64,000 bases of DNA, from assembly GCA_016720655.1 (NCBI GenBank), contig JADKKE010000032.1:182383-246382 (forward strand), in the 5' to 3' direction. The stretch's first letter is position 1. Each line of letters opens with the position of its first letter. Source of the stretch: Bacteroidota bacterium. GTDB taxonomy: Bacteria > Bacteroidota > Bacteroidia > AKYH767-A > 2013-40CM-41-45. Positions 42,229-51,546 of the stretch are shown here, piece by piece. A program made the translations under genes and the position numbers. The notes below the pieces were generated by a model. That model searched no databases. It saw only the letters and a program-made list of their open reading frames with translations, and was not told the DNA's origin.

Positions 42229-42684
42229 ATGAATTCGAAGTACAAAATAAAACTGAAAAAATTTGCTGAAGAGATTCTCCAACAAAGAATGGAAACAGCG
42301 CAGCACGCAATGTTGCAAGCTCAGGATGCAGCAAATTCCGAAGATAAAAGTTCAGCCGGTGACAAATATGAAACGGCTCGTGCTATGGGACAGCTCGACA
42401 GGGAGATGAATGCAAAACAGTTCGAAGAAGCAAAGCGCGAACTCGCATTGTTGCAATCACTATACGTTCTTGAATCATCACCTGTTGTTATTCCCGGATC
42501 TTATGTAAAAACAGACAAAGGAGATTTTTTCATTTCCTCCGGCCTCGGAATTCATACTGTTGAAGGTAAAAAAGTTGGCTTCCTCTCCGTGAAATCTCCC
42601 CTCGCAATTCCTTTGTTAGGCAAGTCCAAAGGCGATACTTTTCAATTCAATGGCCAGCCCTGGAAGGTGGAGGAGTTGGTGTAA
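42229..42684 (+). CDS. GreA/GreB-family (Rnk-like) protein, with an N-terminal coiled-coil and a C-terminal FKBP-like Gre domain
   Basis: C-terminus ISSGLGIHTVEGKKVGFLSVKSPLAIPLLGKSKGDTFQF matches the GreA C-terminal domain consensus (SPiarALlGkkvGD). Confidence 0.45.
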   Translation: MNSKYKIKLKKFAEEILQQRMETAQHAMLQAQDAANSEDKSSAGDKYETARAMGQLDREMNAKQFEEAKRELALLQSLYVLESSPVVIPGSYVKTDKGDFFISSGLGIHTVEGKKVGFLSVKSPLAIPLLGKSKGDTFQFNGQPWKVEELV

Positions 42685-43240
42685 GGTGGTATTAGGTATA
42701 AGGTATTAAGTACCAGGTACCAGGTAGGTGGCGTGCTAATTTCTGATGCATTTTTTTTGCAATGAATTTATCTTTGCTGAATCTGCAATTTGTGGACACA
42801 TACCAACCACTAACCACTAACCACCAATTTTTCCCATTGAATTTATTGTTGCTCAATCTGCGAATAGGTATTAGGTATTAAGTACCAGGTACCAGGTAGG
42901 TGGCGTGCTAATTTCTGATGCATTTTTTTGCAATGAATTTATCTTTGCTGAATCTGCAATTTGTGGACGCATACCAACCACTAACCACTAACAACTAATT
43001 TTTCCCCATTGAATTTATTGTTGCCCAATCTGCGAATGGGTATTAGGTATTAAGTACCAGGTACCAGGTAGGTTGTGTGCTAATTTCTGTAGCATTTTTT
43101 TGCAATGAGTTTATTGTTGCTGAATCTGCAATTTGTGGACGCATACCAACCACTACCCACTAACCACCAATTTTGCCCATTGAATTTAACGTTGCTCAAT
43201 CTGCATTTTGTCCACGCATACCAAAATCTAAAATCTATTT
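42685..43240. repeat. Three tandem copies of a roughly 176-bp intergenic unit. Each contains the gtattaggtattaagtaccaggtaccaggt motif plus two internal sub-repeats of about 45 bp (gaatttatYKttgctSaatctgcaWtttgtSSacRcataccaa)
   Basis: The unit boundaries at 42685, 42866 and 43041 all begin (g)ggtattaggtat. Copies are about 90% identical and have no coding potential; the 92-aa ORF across them is low-complexity. Confidence 0.85.
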
Positions 43241-43339
43241 TCTATTTACTATCAGCAAACAATAAATATGTAAGCCCCTCCGTTACTCAGGACAGATGGT
43301 CGAACTATACGCAACCTTTTACACAAAAACAAAAACCGT

Positions 43340-43981
43340 ATGAAACGATCCATCATTCTCATTCCTGTATTGTTATGTGTTAGTATTTCTGTTCAAGCTA
43401 AATTGCTTGATTTTATGAAGCAACCCGGTTCCGGAAATTTCTCATTGGGGACACGGAACACGTTCAGTATGTTCAATGACATTCCTGAGGAAACCCGTGG
43501 ATTGGGTGTTGGCGGACAATACCGCATTCAGTTTGCAGAGCGAATTAATACAGAATGGTATTTTGATTACATCACTTCTTCCATTTTCGACAAGGCTGTT
43601 CGGAATGATTATCATATCGGCTGGTCAGTGATGTATTACCCGGGAAAGACGGTTGATTTTAGTAATCTACTTCAACCTTATTTTATTGTCGGACATTGTT
43701 TCGACTATACCAAAGTTTTCGACAAGGATAATCGCGATTACTATAGTGATCGTGTGAGCCTTGCCACACAAGGTGGTTTGGGCTTACATGTGAACATCAC
43801 GAAAAGCCTGGATATAACTTTGTCAACACAGTATATGATGCACTTTGGAAAAGAAATTGAAGTGTCACAGGAAGAAGGAAATCTTGTACTCGAGAGAAAT
43901 AAATATTCCTCGCCGGATGGACATTTATTGGCAACGGCCAGTGTCAATTTTAAATTTGGAAAATTATGGAATAGATCCTGA
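43340..43981 (+). CDS. Small outer-membrane beta-barrel protein (OmpA-like / porin family)
   Basis: Signal peptide MKRSIILIPVLLCVSISVQA, amphipathic beta-strand pattern, and a Phe three residues from the C-terminus (…NFKFGKLWNRS). Confidence 0.5.
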   Translation: MKRSIILIPVLLCVSISVQAKLLDFMKQPGSGNFSLGTRNTFSMFNDIPEETRGLGVGGQYRIQFAERINTEWYFDYITSSIFDKAVRNDYHIGWSVMYYPGKTVDFSNLLQPYFIVGHCFDYTKVFDKDNRDYYSDRVSLATQGGLGLHVNITKSLDITLSTQYMMHFGKEIEVSQEEGNLVLERNKYSSPDGHLLATASVNFKFGKLWNRS

Positions 43982-44005
43982 GCGTGGTGTAAAGACCTGG
44001 ATGGA

Positions 44006-45016
44006 TCAGATCCTGATGCCTGCAACGAGCACATCGTCTACCTGTTCGTAACGTCCGCGCCAGGATTCAAAATATTCATCCAGTGTTTTTTCTTGTTCTT
44101 TCATTGGAAGCTGATGAATTGATAAAAGGAGTTCTTTGAACTTCTTCGTCATGATCTTCTTCCCCTGTACACCCCCAAACTGATCAGCATATCCATCAGA
44201 ATAGACATAGATAATATCATTGTCCTCGATTTGTAATGTTTGTTGAGTAAACACCCTGTCTTCATCCGGACGAAACCCCCCGATCGGCAGTTTGTCAGGC
44301 TTTAAAGCATCGGCAACATTATTACGTATGTAGTACAGCGGCCTGTTGGCTCCTGCAAACGTTAGCATTTTTGTATTTAGATCAATGTAACAGAGTGTGA
44401 TGTCCATTCCGTCGTGTGAATCACTTTCTTTTTGTTTGAGTGCTTCTACAATTCCATCATTCAGCAATTCAAGAATTTTTGCAGGTTCTACCAAATGTTT
44501 TTGTCCTATAATTTGATGCAACAATGAACTCCCCACCATACTCATGAATGCTCCGGCAACGCCATGTCCGGTGCAATCAGCAATAGCCAGGATGACAGTA
44601 TTATCGATCTTGTCAAAAAAATAGAAATCTCCACTTACAATATCTTTTGGCTTGTATAAGATAAAAGCATCTTTGAAACTTTGAAGAATCGTTTCGGTTT
44701 TTGGAAGAATGGCAGTCTGAATATTTCTCGCATAATGCAAACTGTCAATAATCTCAACATTTTGCTGTGAAACAGTGAGATTTCTTCTCTCCAGTTCCCA
44801 CTTCTGGATCATCACCTGATGCGCTCGTTCGCTAAGTTTATCTGTGAGGTTTTTGTTCTCTTCTCTGAATCTTTTGTTAGCCCAACGGAAATAGAAAACT
44901 CCGCCGATTAAAATAAAGATATTGGAAAAAATCAGGAACCAGGTCAGGTCATCGCTGAAGATCTGTGCATCCGGTCCTTTGGGTACAGAAGTGTAAAGCT
45001 GAAGAAGTATGTGCAC
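44006..45016 (-). CDS. PP2C-family (SpoIIE/RsbU-type) serine phosphatase with N-terminal membrane anchor, a SiaA-like partner
   Basis: DVSGDFYFFDKIDNTVILAIADCTGHGVAGAFMS...VYSDGYADQFGG metal-binding motifs. TM helix FLIFSNIFILIGGVFYF near the N-terminus. Confidence 0.8.
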   Translation of the reverse strand: MHILLQLYTSVPKGPDAQIFSDDLTWFLIFSNIFILIGGVFYFRWANKRFREENKNLTDKLSERAHQVMIQKWELERRNLTVSQQNVEIIDSLHYARNIQTAILPKTETILQSFKDAFILYKPKDIVSGDFYFFDKIDNTVILAIADCTGHGVAGAFMSMVGSSLLHQIIGQKHLVEPAKILELLNDGIVEALKQKESDSHDGMDITLCYIDLNTKMLTFAGANRPLYYIRNNVADALKPDKLPIGGFRPDEDRVFTQQTLQIEDNDIIYVYSDGYADQFGGVQGKKIMTKKFKELLLSIHQLPMKEQEKTLDEYFESWRGRYEQVDDVLVAGIRI

Positions 45017-45139
45017 CTGAATAATAAATATTTTAGATTTGAATCATCGAACGAATCACGGAGCTGCAAAATAGTCAAGAGATTCAATATATGATACTGA
45101 TGAGAAGAAATCTTATTGGATTTGAAAAGAAGCCAATTC

Positions 45140-45200
45140 GGTGTGAGTTTGAGTGTGGGTATGGGTTTGAGTGTGAGTTTGAGTGTGAGTGTGTGGAGAG
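45140..45200. repeat. GT-rich simple repeat (gtgtgagtttgagtgtg-type) in a divergent intergenic region
   Basis: ggtgtgagtttgagtgtgggtatgggtttgagtgtgagtttgagtgtgagtgtgtggagag. Confidence 0.8.
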
Positions 45201-45422
45201 TCAGACAATTAGTTAGATACCTCTTTTAATTGCCAGTTCACAGCAGGTAAAAGCTACCCTGAAGTATTGATTTCTATGCCACCCCGTACCAACAACTAAG
45301 CACTAACAAAAACTTCGAAAGTACCCACATCCCATAGTCCTTTGAATTCACCTCCTTATAAAAAATCCATGACCCTCTTGCGAATCCTGCTTCAATCCTC
45401 TACATTTGGTTTTTGACCGTTT

Positions 45423-45977
45423 ATGGCCGATCTGAATATTTATGAACTCTTTCGGAAGATGGAGGAGGACGATATTATATTGTCTTTCAAGGGTGATATC
45501 ACCCAGGATCTGCTTGCATCTGTTTATCAGATCATGGAAGCCCGACTTGAGAGCGAAAAAGAAGAGCCTAAGCGGAAGAAAAAATTCTATCATATTTTGG
45601 TAGAATGCCTTCAGAATGTATACCACCACATGGTTGATCTGAAAGAAGAACACGGACCCGATGCGATGGAGAGTACAGCTATTTTCATGATTGGCTATGG
45701 ACCTGAAAACAGTTATCGAATCGTTACAGGGAATTTCATTTCAGTGGAATATGTGGACGGATTGAAAACAAAGCTCGAACGCATCAATAAATTATCGCCG
45801 GAAGAATTGCGTGAAGAATACCTTCAGCAATTGAGCACAACTGAACTTTCTGAAAAAGGTGGCGCTGGTCTGGGTCTAATCGACATGGCCAGGAAATCCG
45901 GACAGAAATTGGAATACAGCTTTTATCCTGTTTCTGCTTCACACTCTTTCTTCAGCCTCGGTGTTACTGTTCATTAA
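45423..45977 (+). CDS. SiaB-like small GHKL-fold protein kinase (anti-sigma-factor-kinase-like)
   Basis: 184 aa with a GGAGLGLIDMARKSG ATP-lid (G2-box-like) motif. It lies next to the DUF1987 and PP2C genes. Confidence 0.45.
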   Translation: MADLNIYELFRKMEEDDIILSFKGDITQDLLASVYQIMEARLESEKEEPKRKKKFYHILVECLQNVYHHMVDLKEEHGPDAMESTAIFMIGYGPENSYRIVTGNFISVEYVDGLKTKLERINKLSPEELREEYLQQLSTTELSEKGGAGLGLIDMARKSGQKLEYSFYPVSASHSFFSLGVTVH

Positions 45978-45997
45978 AATAAAAAATTATTTACAAC

Positions 45998-46375
45998 ATG
46001 GATCCCCTCATTATCGAAGAAAGTATTAAGACACCTTCCATTACATTTAATCCAAATACCGGTGTATTGGAGATAAAAGGAAAGTCTATCCCGGAAAACT
46101 CTCTTGAATTTTATAAGCCAATTTTTGAATGGCTGGAAGTGTATTCCAAAACTCCTGCGGCGAACACCGAAGTTCATGTTCGCCTGGATTACTTCAATAC
46201 GAGTTCATCCAAATGTCTGCTCGATATTTTTCGTCGCCTCGAACCTGCAAATAGCGGAGGAGCAAGTTCGGTGAAAGTGCATTGGTTTTACGAAAGTGAT
46301 GACGAAGACATGATGGAAGCCGGAGATGATTATCAGGCGCTCGTAAAGCTTCCTTTTACGTTGATAAAAGTGTAA
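45998..46375 (+). CDS. DUF1987-family (SiaC-like) small regulatory phosphoprotein
   Basis: 125 aa. The size, the acidic C-terminus and the position immediately after the SiaB-like kinase match the SiaC/DUF1987 arrangement. Confidence 0.45.
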   Translation: MDPLIIEESIKTPSITFNPNTGVLEIKGKSIPENSLEFYKPIFEWLEVYSKTPAANTEVHVRLDYFNTSSSKCLLDIFRRLEPANSGGASSVKVHWFYESDDEDMMEAGDDYQALVKLPFTLIKV

Positions 46376-46572
46376 AAGGATTTATTGCATTCCTGCGCAT
46401 ATTCCTTCTTTCGAACTTTTCCTCATTTCTATTTCACATTGGTTTTTGGACTAGTACATAGTCTCTTTGCATACAATTCTGTGAGTTCCTTGTAAAACCT
46501 TTGTGTGCTCTGTGTTATCAGATTGTTTTTAATAAGTTTTTCGAAAATTGAAATAATCATTTCTTTGAAAAA

Positions 46573-49500
46573 CTATTTCCTGCTGAACCTCTTCCCAACC
46601 GACAACACTTTTCTGAACCAGTCAAAGCTCAAGGCGAAATAAAGAAACAAAGTCATCGACCAGATAACCATGAGGTTGACCCAATAGGTATCACACGCTT
46701 TGCCAAAAACATTTTTTACAGGAGAGAAAAACTGGCTACGTAGAATTTTCTTGTTCGGCTCGAGAATGAAAACAGGTTCGTATCGTTGTATGACATGGTT
46801 GTTGTAAACAGCAACACGCTCTGTTGAACGACTGTTTCTCACCACTTCATCAAGCTCTTCATTCCTGTAGTTCTTTTTTAACAACTGGTAAGCCTGATTT
46901 TTTTCTTCCGTATTTGTCATCACGCCTACCAATTCCTCTTTTCGTTCATTGACTTCATTGAATTCATCGATCAGCTGATCATGAAGAGTATTCAAAAATG
47001 TTCGGGTTTCGCGAATGAGGTCAGGTGTAATTGATTCTCCATTTAATTTTTGCAAAGAAGGAAACCTTCTGGCCGGATGACTTTCGCCGTATTCAGTCAG
47101 TTCGTTTTTTACCAGTCGAATGCCGGCATCCAGTTCGTCTTTACTTTTTCCTGCAGTGAGTAAGCGTTCTGTTTTGTCCACACTTTTACGCAATTCCGAA
47201 ATCCAGTAATCTTTCCGGATTGTAGCCTGACTCATCGCTGCTTCCAGCTCGAAGAAATTCTTCTCAAACTCATTGTTTCGGAACTGATTCACAGCAAGTG
47301 CTTCAAAGGCCCAACGCGAAGCCATTATGTCACCAACGATGGGTACTTCTTTTTGCGTAGTGATCACCGGGTTTAATTTCTCAAAACGAACAATCACACC
47401 ACTCAATAGAATTTGCGGAATAATCAAAAATGGAATCAGGATGTAAATTGTAACGACAGAATCCAGAGCTGAAGAAATATTTAAGCCCAATAAATTTGCA
47501 AAACAAGAAGTTGTAAACAGGACAAGAAAATAGTCTCCCCACATTCCATGAATTCCAAGAATCAGATTTCCAATGATGAGAAAAGAAATCGATTGAATGG
47601 CAGAAAGAATAAACAACAAGGTTATTTTGGAAAATAAATAACTCTGCTTAGAAAGATTTAGGAATTTTTCACGCTGCAGGATTTTCCGGTCACGAATAAT
47701 TTCTTCAGCGCTTACTGACAGTCCAAGAAAAAGTGAAATGATCACACCGATGAAGAGATAAGCAGGTATATTCGGATTGTCGGCAAAAAAGTAATCTGAC
47801 TCCGGACGAGTGTATCGAAGAATAAAACCAAGAATAATTGCCAGAAGCGGTGCTTCGAGCAAATTGATCATCAGGTATTGTGTATTGCTCAGCTTGGAGA
47901 GAAAATCTCGCGTAAAGAATATTCCCAGCTGTTGAAATTTACTTGCTTTTTTGTTTGTTTGCGCCGGAAGAGCAGGGACTTCTTCTGTAAACGAACTTGT
48001 ATTTCCTTTTTCCTTGTACAGTTCATTCCATTCGCCCGGTGTTACTTTTCTGTTTCTTGTCTGATTTCCAAATTCATCAAGTTCCTTTAACTCCACAATA
48101 TTGAAGAGTTGTTCAGGATTGATATTTCCACACGTCGGACATTCACCTTCTTCTGCATCTGCAAGATTTGCCTGACGTTTGAAATAAATGAGTGAGTCTG
48201 ATGGATTACCAAAAAAGATAGGAAATCCACCCAGGTCCAGGAGTAACAATTTGTCGAACATTCTGAAGATGTCCGAACTGGGTTGATGGATTACCACAAA
48301 GACCAGTTTTCCGGTAAGTGCAAGTTGCTTGAGCAAATCCATCACATTCTCGGCATCCCGTGAAGACAATCCGGATGTAGGTTCATCCACAAAAAGAATT
48401 CCCGGTTCGCGCACCAGTTCCAGTGCAATATTCAATCGCTTCCGTTGTCCTCCACTGATTGTTTTGTTCAGTGGATTCCCAACTTTCAGGTCTTTAATTT
48501 CTGCCAGTCCGAGAGACTCCAGAGTGGTCATTACTTTCTGACTAATCTCAGGGTCTGATAAATCTCCGTAGACAAGTTTTGTGTTGTAAAAGAGATTCTG
48601 ATAAACACTCAGTTCTTCTATCAATAAATCATCCTGCGGAATATTTCCAATCACTCCTTCCAAATGCTCAGGATCAATATATACATCGGATCCATTGATC
48701 ATCAATGCTCCGCCGGACGGTCTTGCTGTACCATTCAATACGCTAAGCAGCGTAGATTTTCCGGCACCGCTTCCACCCATAACCCCAACGAGCTGTCCGG
48801 ATTGTGCCGTGAAATTCAAAGAGTGCAATCCTTTTTGTCCGCTCTTGAATGTATATTCAAGGTCCTTTGCCTGCATAACAAGCCGACTTTCTTCCTTGGT
48901 TTCGAGAAATGGACGGAGAACATCACTGTAATAGAGCGGTTGAATTTTTTGTCCGCGCAAAACAGCTCCTTGTGTAAAGGCAGAAACACGTTGAGTATCT
49001 ACCGGCTGACCATTGACAGTGAGCGCATCTTTTCCGGAATAGCGGAGAATAAAAATACCGGCACGTCGCAAATGTAGGAACCACAATGAACCATCAAGAT
49101 CGTGGTGATGCAATTGCAGGCAATGATGAACATCCTTGTTTTTTTCATGTTGAACCAGTAATATCTGATGTGCATCCAATTTATTCATGGAAGGCATCGG
49201 CTCAGTGATGGCCATACAATAGGCATGATCATCAGGTTCTATAGTAAAGACAGTCGCTACCGTTTCGAGAAACTCGCGTTCCGGTTCGGTAATTTGTTCG
49301 GGTGAACTATAGATAAATTCAGCGAGACGGATGAAGACAATGTATTTCTGACGGGTATTGAGCTCCTTGTTTATTTCCGTGCAAATCCGAAGGGCTTTCA
49401 CAGAACTCACTGCCAGCTTCTTCTTTACCTTGGTAGGATCAGCGACGCCTTCGAGCAGGTGCAATTGCTCATCAAACAGGGTGAGGTATTCCGGGATTCT

Positions 49501-49623
49501 TTGCAGACTGATCTGTTGCCTTAAAAAAGATTCAACGACAGAACGACTTTGTTGTGTCAATCTTTCCAGGCTGGCTCCAATTGCAAAAAGTTGCATCAGT
49601 GCGCGGAGTATTCGTTCGGACAT
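46573..49623 (-). CDS. Multidomain ABC transporter (1016 aa): N-terminal TerB-like domain, FHA-like domain, ABC ATPase, and ABC-2/ABCG-type six-TM permease
   Basis: Walker A GVMGGSGAGKSTLLSVLNG, signature LSGGQRKRLNIALELV, Walker B ILFVDEPTSGLS, then a hydrophobic permease with a long C-terminal cytoplasmic tail. N-terminus …LRRAGIFILRYSGKDALTVNGQPVD resembles an FHA domain. Confidence 0.75.
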   Translation of the reverse strand: MSERILRALMQLFAIGASLERLTQQSRSVVESFLRQQISLQRIPEYLTLFDEQLHLLEGVADPTKVKKKLAVSSVKALRICTEINKELNTRQKYIVFIRLAEFIYSSPEQITEPEREFLETVATVFTIEPDDHAYCMAITEPMPSMNKLDAHQILLVQHEKNKDVHHCLQLHHHDLDGSLWFLHLRRAGIFILRYSGKDALTVNGQPVDTQRVSAFTQGAVLRGQKIQPLYYSDVLRPFLETKEESRLVMQAKDLEYTFKSGQKGLHSLNFTAQSGQLVGVMGGSGAGKSTLLSVLNGTARPSGGALMINGSDVYIDPEHLEGVIGNIPQDDLLIEELSVYQNLFYNTKLVYGDLSDPEISQKVMTTLESLGLAEIKDLKVGNPLNKTISGGQRKRLNIALELVREPGILFVDEPTSGLSSRDAENVMDLLKQLALTGKLVFVVIHQPSSDIFRMFDKLLLLDLGGFPIFFGNPSDSLIYFKRQANLADAEEGECPTCGNINPEQLFNIVELKELDEFGNQTRNRKVTPGEWNELYKEKGNTSSFTEEVPALPAQTNKKASKFQQLGIFFTRDFLSKLSNTQYLMINLLEAPLLAIILGFILRYTRPESDYFFADNPNIPAYLFIGVIISLFLGLSVSAEEIIRDRKILQREKFLNLSKQSYLFSKITLLFILSAIQSISFLIIGNLILGIHGMWGDYFLVLFTTSCFANLLGLNISSALDSVVTIYILIPFLIIPQILLSGVIVRFEKLNPVITTQKEVPIVGDIMASRWAFEALAVNQFRNNEFEKNFFELEAAMSQATIRKDYWISELRKSVDKTERLLTAGKSKDELDAGIRLVKNELTEYGESHPARRFPSLQKLNGESITPDLIRETRTFLNTLHDQLIDEFNEVNERKEELVGVMTNTEEKNQAYQLLKKNYRNEELDEVVRNSRSTERVAVYNNHVIQRYEPVFILEPNKKILRSQFFSPVKNVFGKACDTYWVNLMVIWSMTLFLYFALSFDWFRKVLSVGKRFSRK

Positions 49624-49741
49624 AAAATGATAAAAATGAAATAAGTTTCAACTGGATAGATCGGAAGCGGCCTGGCAAATCCTTCCGGATCGTTGGTCAA
49701 TTCTTCAGCGTTGAAAGTAAAAATAATAATTAAGAAGACAT

Positions 49742-49777
49742 AAAAAAACCATGAACGAGCAGTTCATGGTTTTTTAT
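49742..49777 (-). terminator. Rho-independent terminator after the lipoprotein gene (perfect 9-bp stem, T-run)
   Basis: aaaaaaaccatgaacgagcagttcatggtttttt: accatgaac and gttcatggt are perfect inverted repeats flanked by A and T runs. Confidence 0.55.
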
Positions 49778-49794
49778 AATGGTTAAATTTTCTC

Positions 49795-50655
49795 TTACTG
49801 AATCATTTCAGCTCGTACCTTGGCAACGGCAGTGGAAAGTCCGGCCATCGTTGCTTTGTTCAAATCGGCAGGAGATTTCACGGCATCAAAAGATTTTTTC
49901 AATTCTATCAATTGAGTTTGCAGTGTTTTCGAGCTTTGGTATTTTTTCAATTCATCAAACAAACTGATCAGGTTTTCGAGATACAGTTTCTGATTATAAA
50001 TTTTTTCAAAGATGGCAGCATTCGCTTTAGTCGGATTCTCGTTTTTCATCAGTTCAATACTTAGGAACTGAACTTCCATAATGCTTCCTGCAAGCACGTG
50101 TGCAGCTACTTCAAGACGGTGGTTGCTTCGCAAATAGGAATCTGTTTCAGCATATGCGCGATCGATCATGGAAACCAGAGAATCTTTGTTATCCGCATTT
50201 TCACGAAAGCGTTGTGTAAATGTGTCAAAGGTTTCCTGCACATTCAATTTCTCAGACAGTTTTCGAGTAGTTGAGTAATATTCGAGCAAGTCCTGATTTT
50301 GTCCATAAAAGGCTGCATAGGCCATGTCAATTCCGTAAATTCCATAATTGACAGCTTTCTTATAGGCAGTATTGTATTTTTCTTCATTGCTCGGTGAATT
50401 CAGCATTTCCTTATTAAAAGGAACCTCATTCTGATAGATCGCATTGATCATTTCCATTGGAGAAGGTAAATTCGCAATGGTGTAAAAGAATTTGAAATCC
50501 AGAATTTCTTTCGCCTTTTTCGTCGCGGAATCTTCCACCAATACAGTTGAATCAGGCATCTGGTTGCTTTCCGATTCAGCCTGTTTATTATCACTGCTGC
50601 AGGAAGAAAAGAATAACAAGCCTGTGAGGGCAATCGGGAAGAGTACCTTTTTCAT
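49795..50655 (-). CDS. Hypothetical lipoprotein
   Basis: Lipobox MKKVLFPIALTGLLFFSSCSS, then a mainly helical acidic protein with no recognisable catalytic motif. The ORF extends to 50700, but the likely start is the Met at 50655. Confidence 0.4.
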   Translation of the reverse strand: MKKVLFPIALTGLLFFSSCSSDNKQAESESNQMPDSTVLVEDSATKKAKEILDFKFFYTIANLPSPMEMINAIYQNEVPFNKEMLNSPSNEEKYNTAYKKAVNYGIYGIDMAYAAFYGQNQDLLEYYSTTRKLSEKLNVQETFDTFTQRFRENADNKDSLVSMIDRAYAETDSYLRSNHRLEVAAHVLAGSIMEVQFLSIELMKNENPTKANAAIFEKIYNQKLYLENLISLFDELKKYQSSKTLQTQLIELKKSFDAVKSPADLNKATMAGLSTAVAKVRAEMIQ

Positions 50656-50946
50656 GGATAGAGATTTGATGCAAAAATAATAATGATAGCCATATTTCAA
50701 AGTTTTTGCTTGATCTGGAATTCTTCTGTTTGGTGTCTTAAATGGTCAGGCTCAAGGTATTCCATTAAAATGGACTTGTTCTTCAATTTATTTTACCGAA
50801 TGGATTGACAAGCCACTGACAATCACGGCATAATTCCGCTCTTTTACGGCTGATTATCCCACCCGGGTTCTTAGTGAAACCAGGCGATGTTGTTCATCCG
50901 CAAGATCATTTCTTTCGGCTTTCTTGTATCTTTGCAGATCAAAATT

Positions 50947-51414
50947 ATGCATAGCCCAAGCTTCGATGAAATTTATATGGGTCTCGCCAAAAACCTGGCG
51001 AACAAATCTCATTGTGTAAAGATTAAAGTAGGAGCAGTCCTGACCAAAGACACACGAATCGTTTCCCTCGGATACAATGGTCCACCCGCAGGGACACACA
51101 ATTGTGATCAGGAGTGGCCCGAAACCGGTTGTCCGCGCGACAGCAAAGGCAGTTGCTCCCTCGCTCTGCATGCCGAACAGAATGCCATTTTGTATGCTTC
51201 AAAAAATGGAGTTCCGATGGATGGCTCGACACTCTATGTGACCCTTTCTCCATGTCTTGCATGTGCAAGAATAATCTATACCATGGGCATTAAAAAAGTC
51301 CTTTATCTCGAATCGTACGCTTCCTACAAAGGTATAAAGAGCGATGAGGGTGTCGATTTTCTCAAAAGATTCGGAGTGGAAGTGATGCATTATTCCCTGC
51401 CGGAAGTGGTATAA
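50947..51414 (+). CDS. dCMP deaminase (CMP/dCMP deaminase zinc-binding family)
   Basis: HAEQNAI(L) and SPCLACA zinc-ligand motifs. A possible -7 box TATCTTTG lies at 50927-50934. Confidence 0.85.
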   Translation: MHSPSFDEIYMGLAKNLANKSHCVKIKVGAVLTKDTRIVSLGYNGPPAGTHNCDQEWPETGCPRDSKGSCSLALHAEQNAILYASKNGVPMDGSTLYVTLSPCLACARIIYTMGIKKVLYLESYASYKGIKSDEGVDFLKRFGVEVMHYSLPEVV

Positions 51415-51546
51415 GCTCTCTTTTGTCTTTCCATCCGTTAATAATTCTTAAATCAACGAGAATAGAGTCGCCCGGAGACAACAATTTATTGAAAATGGAG
51501 TTTAAACATCAGACTCTTCAGAAATTTACTTAAGAAATCCGAAACC

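Noticed and set aside
42685-43383. Possible CRISPR array, or a 92-aa ORF (43105-43383) across the 176-bp repeats
   Set aside because: The repeat unit (about 176 bp) is far longer than CRISPR repeats and the copies abut without unique spacers. No cas genes are nearby. The ORF is low-complexity (LLNLQFVDAYQ…) and runs into the real OMP gene start, so it is not coding.
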